Positions 1 to 3,535 of a DNA stretch of 5,507 bases are shown piece after piece. Both the position numbers and the translations under genes were made by a program. The notes beneath the pieces were generated by a model. That model was given only the letters and a program-made list of their open reading frames with translations, had not been told where the DNA came from and did not search any database. The DNA is from a virus, in IMG/VR virus record IMGVR_UViG_3300034045_000042, positions 1-5,507 of that record. One strand, written 5' to 3'. How positions within the stretch are numbered: position 1 is the stretch's first letter; each line of letters begins with the position of its first letter.

Positions 1-94
1 TTTCAGTTTTCGGTGATTATTGTCGCGATCTTATAGAAGTTGTTGACGGTCAATTTCACAATTATGGTGGCGAACGACCATTTTCTAAAAAAGA
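1..94. repeat. Terminal direct repeat, copy 1 (circular-closure overlap)
   Basis: Base-by-base comparison shows it is identical to 5414..5507. Confidence 0.95.
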
Positions 95-1067
95 TCATTA
101 TTTGCAATACGAAAATTGGCAAAATGAACAAGGCCAGCGTGTCTATTTCGTGGTTGATGAAGCGCATCTGGCAATGGGTGCAGGTTCATGTGATAAAGAA
201 TTAAAAGAGTTTTTCTCGATGCACCGGCATTATGGTTTTGACATTCTTTTGTTGACTCAGAATTTTCGAAAAATTGATAGAGACGTTAGAGATATGATTC
301 AAATCGGCTATCGTGCGATTAAAAAAAGCATGATAGGTCAAGACGATAAATATATTCTTAAAGTTCATGACGGCGCTAGTAGTTCAACTAGTTCAGTTGT
401 AAATACTTTTGAACGTGAGTATGAAAAGCGTTACTTTCCTTTTTATCAGTCTCACACTAAAAGTAATCAATCTATTAATGAAGCTACGACTAAAGATGTA
501 AAAAAATGGTATAAGCACCCTGCCATTATTCTTTCACCGTTTTTTATTTTTTTTGGTCTAGGTTTCCTTATTAATTCTGTTTCAGCTTTTAATCCCAATA
601 AAAAAATCGAACATGCTGAAAAGTCGTCTTCAACTTCACCAGTTGAAAAGTCGGCTTCAACTTCTCCAGTTGAGCAATCTTCTGCTAAAACTGCTTTAAA
701 AAAAGAATATAAAAATAATGATGATAATGATTTAATTTCTAAATCATTGAATGAATTGATTCTCGAAAGAGAAGTAAAACAGTCGAAAAATTACCACCCC
801 TTTTACAAAGTTAAATTATCTGTTTCGGGTTTTGCTGATTACTTAGATGTTAATCATCGAGTTAAAAAATTATGGATTACTGCCTCGCAAAACGGCCAAG
901 CAGTCTTTACTATTTCAACCCAAGATTTAATGCTTGCGGGCTATAAAGTTTTTGTATTATCTGAATGTTTAGTAAAAGTTGTTTTCTACGAATATTCTGA
1001 TTATTTAACTTGCGACGCACCAACACAAACAGTTAAATTTAACAACGAAGAAATTACTAGGGACTAA
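1..1067 (+). CDS. Zot/pI-like assembly ATPase, 3' portion. It is 5'-truncated by the window edge, the reading frame starts at nt 3, and it continues the ORF that begins at 5278.
   Basis: The frame is open from nt 3 (SVFGDYCRDL...) to the TAA at 1065..1067. It contains a Walker B-like YFVVDEAH and an HRHYGFDILLLTQN motif typical of Zot-family P-loop NTPases. A single TM segment (HPAIILSPFFIFFGLGFLINSV) is followed by a C-terminal domain of about 170 aa. The TTG start at 102 in the ORF track is an artefact of the window cut. Confidence 0.9.
   Translation, partial: SVFGDYCRDLIEVVDGQFHNYGGERPFSKKDHYLQYENWQNEQGQRVYFVVDEAHLAMGAGSCDKELKEFFSMHRHYGFDILLLTQNFRKIDRDVRDMIQIGYRAIKKSMIGQDDKYILKVHDGASSSTSSVVNTFEREYEKRYFPFYQSHTKSNQSINEATTKDVKKWYKHPAIILSPFFIFFGLGFLINSVSAFNPNKKIEHAEKSSSTSPVEKSASTSPVEQSSAKTALKKEYKNNDDNDLISKSLNELILEREVKQSKNYHPFYKVKLSVSGFADYLDVNHRVKKLWITASQNGQAVFTISTQDLMLAGYKVFVLSECLVKVVFYEYSDYLTCDAPTQTVKFNNEEITRD
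618..671 (+). repeat. 27-bp tandem direct repeat x2 inside the pI ORF, encoding EKS(S/A)STSPV twice
   Basis: gaaaagtcgtcttcaacttcaccagtt (618..644) is followed by gaaaagtcggcttcaacttctccagtt (645..671), with 2 mismatches. The repeat is in frame and lies just after the TM segment. Confidence 0.9.
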
Positions 1068-1083
1068 AATTCGAGCGCGTTAG

Positions 1084-1131
1084 AAAATTTAGGGGAGGGG
1101 GCCCCTCTGGGGAAGGGGTTCCATAAATTTT
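1084..1131 (+). other. G/C-rich structured intergenic element (nested hairpins or G-quadruplex motif). Candidate packaging signal or origin-type structure; function unknown.
   Basis: An AAAATTTA (1084..1091) / TAAATTTT (1124..1131) inverted repeat closes the segment GGGGAGGGGGCCCCTCTGGGGAAGGGGTTCCA. Inside it are a 13-nt near-palindrome GAGGGGGCCCCTC (1095..1107) and GGAA-GGGG-TTCC (1111..1122). There are four G-runs of at least 4 (1092-1095, 1097-1101, 1109-1112, 1115-1118) separated by loops of 1, 7 and 2 nt. Confidence 0.6.
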
Positions 1132-1163
1132 ATAACGTGCAACAAGGTAAGGTGTCACATTAC

Positions 1164-2288
1164 ATGCGTATTAATAATAAATATATAGATTCACATTTGC
1201 AAGCCGGTTACTTTATTGATTGGCTTACTGTATCTCAAGAATATAGCGAACCTATTCCTATTTTTTGCCAAGACATCACAAGAAAAATTGATGCAGATAC
1301 TGGCGAATTAAAGTACGAAACACGCACTTTTCGCCAAGAATCTGGCTCGTATGCGACTAGTATTAGCATTAAATCAGATGGCACTAGGCTCACCATTTCT
1401 GGTAACCCTAGCCGTTTTAACCGCCCTGATAATCTTTTCGGTTATACCTCTTTTGGTCAGTGCATTAATGTTTATAACGAATTATTATCAAAATTGTGTT
1501 TACCTGAATTAACTTATTCAGCTAATTTGATACCCGTTCAATCTAATACTGGTAAAATCCGCTTTAGTGGTGATGGTTGTCGTATTTCACAAGTGCACAT
1601 AACTAAAAATTTTTCAGTTGGTAAGGGTAATGAAAAACGTTTTATCAGGTCCTTAGGCTCTTTTGCTTATCGAAATAAAATGCCCTTTTTGTATCCAGAT
1701 GGTAACACTATTGATTGGTTGAAAGGTTCTCGTCGTTTATATATTAAGCTATATAACAAGTCTCAATCTTTAATAAGAGAACGTAAAAAACTTGAACGTT
1801 TATATAATGATGATGAATTGCTATATTATGACAATGTAATTGATTTTTGTATTGATGAGGGCGTTGTACGTCTTGAGTATGAATTTAAGTCGAATTATCT
1901 TAATGATAAATTTACGCCATTTCTAGGTTTTTTCGATGTTAATCAGTTACTTGATTTTAATTTTATTGAAGAAAAACTAAAGAATATGAAAACTAATGCA
2001 ACTGATTATTTATCAATAGCTGATTTACTTATAGAAAATGAGGTTTGTAAAACTCGTCAATCTGCTAATGCTACCCAGTCCTACTATATGATGTGGCTGA
2101 ATGGAATGGATATATCTAATGTTTTGAATCGTTCTCAATTTTATGTTCATAAAAAACGATTAAAAGCTATTGGTATTGATATTACTGTCCCCATGAATGT
2201 TTCTACATTACCAATTCGAGTTAGTAGACAACAAGAAATTTCAGTTAATGATTTAAATATTCCGTCTTGGTATCTTCGCGCAATCTAA
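1164..2288 (+). CDS. gpII-family replication initiation (nicking) protein
   Basis: Several blocks resemble Ff gpII as I recall it. IDWLT lies near the N-terminus. NPSRF..DNLFG matches SPAKVLQGHNVFG. ISQVHITKNF matches ISRIDATF. GVVRLEYEFKSNYL matches GLVRFEARIKTRYL. The C-terminal ...IPSWY... matches ...RPDWY.... I prefer the ATG at 1164, which has TAAGGTG (1148..1154) 9 nt upstream, over the GTG at 1137 given by the ORF track. Confidence 0.85.
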   Translation: MRINNKYIDSHLQAGYFIDWLTVSQEYSEPIPIFCQDITRKIDADTGELKYETRTFRQESGSYATSISIKSDGTRLTISGNPSRFNRPDNLFGYTSFGQCINVYNELLSKLCLPELTYSANLIPVQSNTGKIRFSGDGCRISQVHITKNFSVGKGNEKRFIRSLGSFAYRNKMPFLYPDGNTIDWLKGSRRLYIKLYNKSQSLIRERKKLERLYNDDELLYYDNVIDFCIDEGVVRLEYEFKSNYLNDKFTPFLGFFDVNQLLDFNFIEEKLKNMKTNATDYLSIADLLIENEVCKTRQSANATQSYYMMWLNGMDISNVLNRSQFYVHKKRLKAIGIDITVPMNVSTLPIRVSRQQEISVNDLNIPSWYLRAI

Positions 2289-2289
2289 T

Positions 2290-2318
2290 GGGACGGTCTA
2301 GTAACACGTCCCTTTTTT
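2290..2318 (+). terminator. Rho-independent terminator downstream of the replication gene
   Basis: Stem GGGACG (2290..2295) pairs with CGTCCC (2307..2312) around an 11-nt loop. It is followed immediately by TTTTTT (2313..2318) and starts 2 nt after the gpII stop codon. Confidence 0.7.
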
Positions 2319-2331
2319 CCGGAGTTCCGGA
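2318..2331. repeat. TCCGGA-GT-TCCGGA, two copies of a self-complementary hexamer (both direct and inverted repeat)
   Basis: Read directly from the sequence. It sits between the terminator T-tract and the stop codon of the minus-strand ORF. It could be a second small hairpin for convergent transcription or a protein recognition site. Confidence 0.4.
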
Positions 2332-2335
2332 CTTT

Positions 2336-2497
2336 TCATTTTTTTTCTTTCTTGTTTCTTAGCTCTCTTTCTTCTATAAGTATTTGAATTATTTCGTCAT
2401 TTGATAAAATTCTCCCGTAAATAGGGTATATCTCTATTTTTATCCTTTCTAGCTCGTTTTTTGTTTCTTCATAAACTCTGATTGTTGTCTGTTTCAT
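2336..2497 (-). CDS. Small ribbon-helix-helix (Arc/Mnt/CopG-like) transcriptional regulator, 53 aa
   Basis: My own translation of the minus strand gives MKQTTIRVYEETKNELERIKIEIYPIYGRILSNDEIIQILIEERELRNKKEKK*. The ORF is absent from the ORF track, presumably because it is below the length cut-off. The N-terminal beta-strand-like TTIRV is followed by a helix. YGRILSNDEIIQILIEE parallels P22 Arc NGRSVNSEIYQRVMESF. An AGGT lies 9 nt upstream of the ATG. This is the only minus-strand gene and it is divergent from the main promoter. Confidence 0.6.
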   Translation of the reverse strand: MKQTTIRVYEETKNELERIKIEIYPIYGRILSNDEIIQILIEERELRNKKEKK

Positions 2498-2525
2498 AAA
2501 TTTTACCTAATTTTTAAAAAAACTG

Positions 2526-2553
2526 TTGACAATTTACAAATTATACTTAATAT
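2526..2553 (+). promoter_or_regulatory. Sigma70-type promoter for the rightward operon
   Basis: A perfect -35 TTGACA (2526..2531) is separated by a 16-nt spacer from the -10 TAATAT (2548..2553). An A/T tract upstream (about 2508..2522) resembles an UP element. The promoter lies about 40 nt upstream of the first + strand gene. A perfect TATAAT on the minus strand (plus coordinates 2540..2545) lies inside its spacer. Confidence 0.65.
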
Positions 2554-2595
2554 AGACCGTATACATTGTATTTATTTTTTAACTAGGGCTATCTT

Positions 2596-2880
2596 ATGAA
2601 ACTTAATGTAATTGGTAAACGTTTTTGTACAGGCACTACAAAGCAAGGTAAACAATTTGATTTCGGTACTGTATATGTTCTTGAACCTCTTCAGGATTTT
2701 AAATCACCTAATTTCTCTACCTTTTCATCTTCTGGCTTTTCTGTTTCTGAAATCTCTTGTTCTAAAGATGTTATTAATCAATTACCAGCAGACGGCTATC
2801 CGCTTCAAGTTGATTTTATTCTTGATAATGAGCTTAAGAATGGCCAGTTAGTGCCAGTTATTAAGGGTGTTAAATTTTAA
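2596..2880 (+). CDS. Candidate gV-like ssDNA-binding protein (94 aa)
   Basis: It is the first gene after the promoter. Its size and position match inovirus ssDNA-binding proteins, and the composition looks beta-rich and Lys/Gly-rich. An AGGG lies 7 nt upstream of the ATG. I recognise no specific motif, so the call rests on synteny and size only. Confidence 0.45.
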   Translation: MKLNVIGKRFCTGTTKQGKQFDFGTVYVLEPLQDFKSPNFSTFSSSGFSVSEISCSKDVINQLPADGYPLQVDFILDNELKNGQLVPVIKGVKF

Positions 2881-3036
2881 ATGCTTTTAGTTGAGTCTGA
2901 CATTATGTTTCTTTGCAATCAATGCAAACATTTGTTCTCAATTAATCAACGTAAAACCGTTGAGCGTTTTGGCTTTGTTCTTTGCGCTTGTCCACGTTGC
3001 TTATCTGTGGATGTTCAAATTGCGTGGGGTCAATAA
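2881..3036 (+). CDS. Small zinc-ribbon protein (51 aa; CNQC...CACPRC)
   Basis: My own translation gives MLLVESDIMFLCNQCKHLFSINQRKTVERFGFVLCACPRCLSVDVQIAWGQ*. The ATG directly abuts the TAA of the previous gene, and the stop overlaps the next start (TAATG at 3034..3038). The two Cys knuckles, CxxC and CxCxxC, are about 20 residues apart. An alternative start is the ATG at 2905. Confidence 0.5.
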   Translation: MLLVESDIMFLCNQCKHLFSINQRKTVERFGFVLCACPRCLSVDVQIAWGQ

Positions 3037-3275
3037 TGGCGGTTTGTGTTTTTGCAAATTCTAATGACATTCTTGTATTGGATTCATCGCATGACCTTGC
3101 TACTTGTAGTATGGTTTTGCTTGAATCGAGTGATTACCATGATTTGGTTGATTACTCGCAACTTTCCTCTGGTGAAATTGCTACTTCTTTCGCTTGGGGT
3201 TTTAGTACTTATATGTTTTTTTGGTTTATGGGTTACGTTGTAAAAAATGCCCGTCAAATCATAAGACATATTTAA
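3036..3275 (+). CDS. 79-aa membrane protein with coat-like organisation (acidic N-terminal part, one TM, basic C-terminus). Candidate minor virion or cap protein.
   Basis: The ATG at 3036 overlaps the upstream stop (TAATG), and GGGG lies 6 nt upstream. The sequence reads ...SSDYHDLVDYSQLSSGEIATSFAWGFSTYMFFWFMGYVVKNARQIIRHI*. The TTG at 2982 in the ORF track would overlap the zinc-ribbon ORF and is less likely. Confidence 0.55.
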   Translation: MAVCVFANSNDILVLDSSHDLATCSMVLLESSDYHDLVDYSQLSSGEIATSFAWGFSTYMFFWFMGYVVKNARQIIRHI

Positions 3276-3305
3276 TTTTAATTTAAATTTTGTGAGGTAT
3301 TAATT

Positions 3306-3440
3306 ATGGCTGATATTCTAGCTGCTGTTGATTTAACTTCTGTCGCCACTTTCGTATCATCTGCTGGTGTATTGATCGTTGGCGTTGCTTTGGCGTACAA
3401 GGGCATTCATTTAGCTAAACGTGCTATTAATCGAGCATAA
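3306..3440 (+). CDS. Major coat protein (pVIII-like), 44 aa, with no signal peptide
   Basis: The sequence is MADILAAVDLTSVATFVSSAGVLIVGVALAYKGIHLAKRAINRA*. It has an acidic N-terminus (D3, D9), a single hydrophobic core and a basic C-terminus (K32, K38, R39, R43), which is the canonical inovirus coat layout. A strong SD, GAGGT (3294..3298), lies 7 nt upstream. An in-frame TAA at 3279..3281 excludes a longer precursor. Confidence 0.85.
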   Translation: MADILAAVDLTSVATFVSSAGVLIVGVALAYKGIHLAKRAINRA

Positions 3441-3442
3441 CT

Positions 3443-3535
3443 ATGTTGGCGGGTGTAATGCTCGCCCTCATTCATATACTTATTGTTATGTTGGGGGCAA
3501 TGTGTGCTAAAGAAGTTTGCAGGGGGTTTGGGTGA
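3443..3535 (+). CDS. Possible 30-aa hydrophobic protein (candidate pVII/pIX-like)
   Basis: The sequence is MLAGVMLALIHILIVMLGAMCAKEVCRGFG*. The ATG lies 2 nt after the coat stop, with no SD of its own. Its TGA overlaps the GTG start of the pIII-like gene (GTGA at 3532..3535). Size and hydrophobicity resemble the Ff pVII/pIX proteins (32-33 aa). A short ORF cannot be proven from sequence alone. Confidence 0.35.
   Translation: MLAGVMLALIHILIVMLGAMCAKEVCRGFG

Noticed and set aside
321-327. An A7 run in pI (ATT AAA AAA AGC), considered as a possible programmed frameshift site
   Set aside because: It is not in the X_XXY_YYZ register. I see no downstream structure and no extended alternative frame. 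Homopolymer runs are common throughout this AT-rich sequence.
102-1067. The ORF-track start codons TTG 102, GTG 1137, TTG 2982, TTG 3517 and TTG 4910
   Set aside because: The TTG at 102 is internal to the wrapped pI ORF. The others are the furthest-upstream alternative starts. Downstream starts have G-rich SD sequences at 5-9 nt and avoid long overlaps with the preceding genes: ATG at 1164, 3036 and 4943, and GTG at 3532. TTG 3517 remains a possible pIII start.
330-1067. An in-frame internal ATG in pI, considered as a pXI-like restart
   Set aside because: The Met lies far upstream of the TM segment, so the product (about 245 aa) does not match Ff pXI, which starts just before the TM. There is no SD. 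The evidence is insufficient.
1122-1132. The 11-mer CATAAATTTTA, also present at 2495..2505, considered as a possible shared regulatory motif
   Set aside because: It is an AT-rich 11-mer in an AT-rich 5.4-kb genome, and a rough estimate predicts several such repeats by chance. The second copy overlaps the RHH start codon.
2612-2851. A 79-aa + strand ORF overlapping the gV-like gene in another frame
   Set aside because: It is entirely nested in a better ORF. Its product is a Leu/Phe/Ile-rich low-complexity string, as expected when a T-rich coding strand is read out of frame, and it has no SD. The same reasoning applies to 3046..3243 and 3992..4186.
3084-3269. A 61-aa minus-strand ORF
   Set aside because: It is antisense to the 79-aa membrane ORF, has no RBS and shows no recognisable features. 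It is probably a chance open frame.
3448-3466. Hairpin GGCGGG-tgtaatg-CTCGCC after the coat gene, considered as a possible terminator like the one after Ff gVIII
   Set aside because: The stem needs a G-T/G-U pair and no T-tract follows it. It also lies inside a possible 30-aa ORF. At most it is an RNA-stability or attenuation element.
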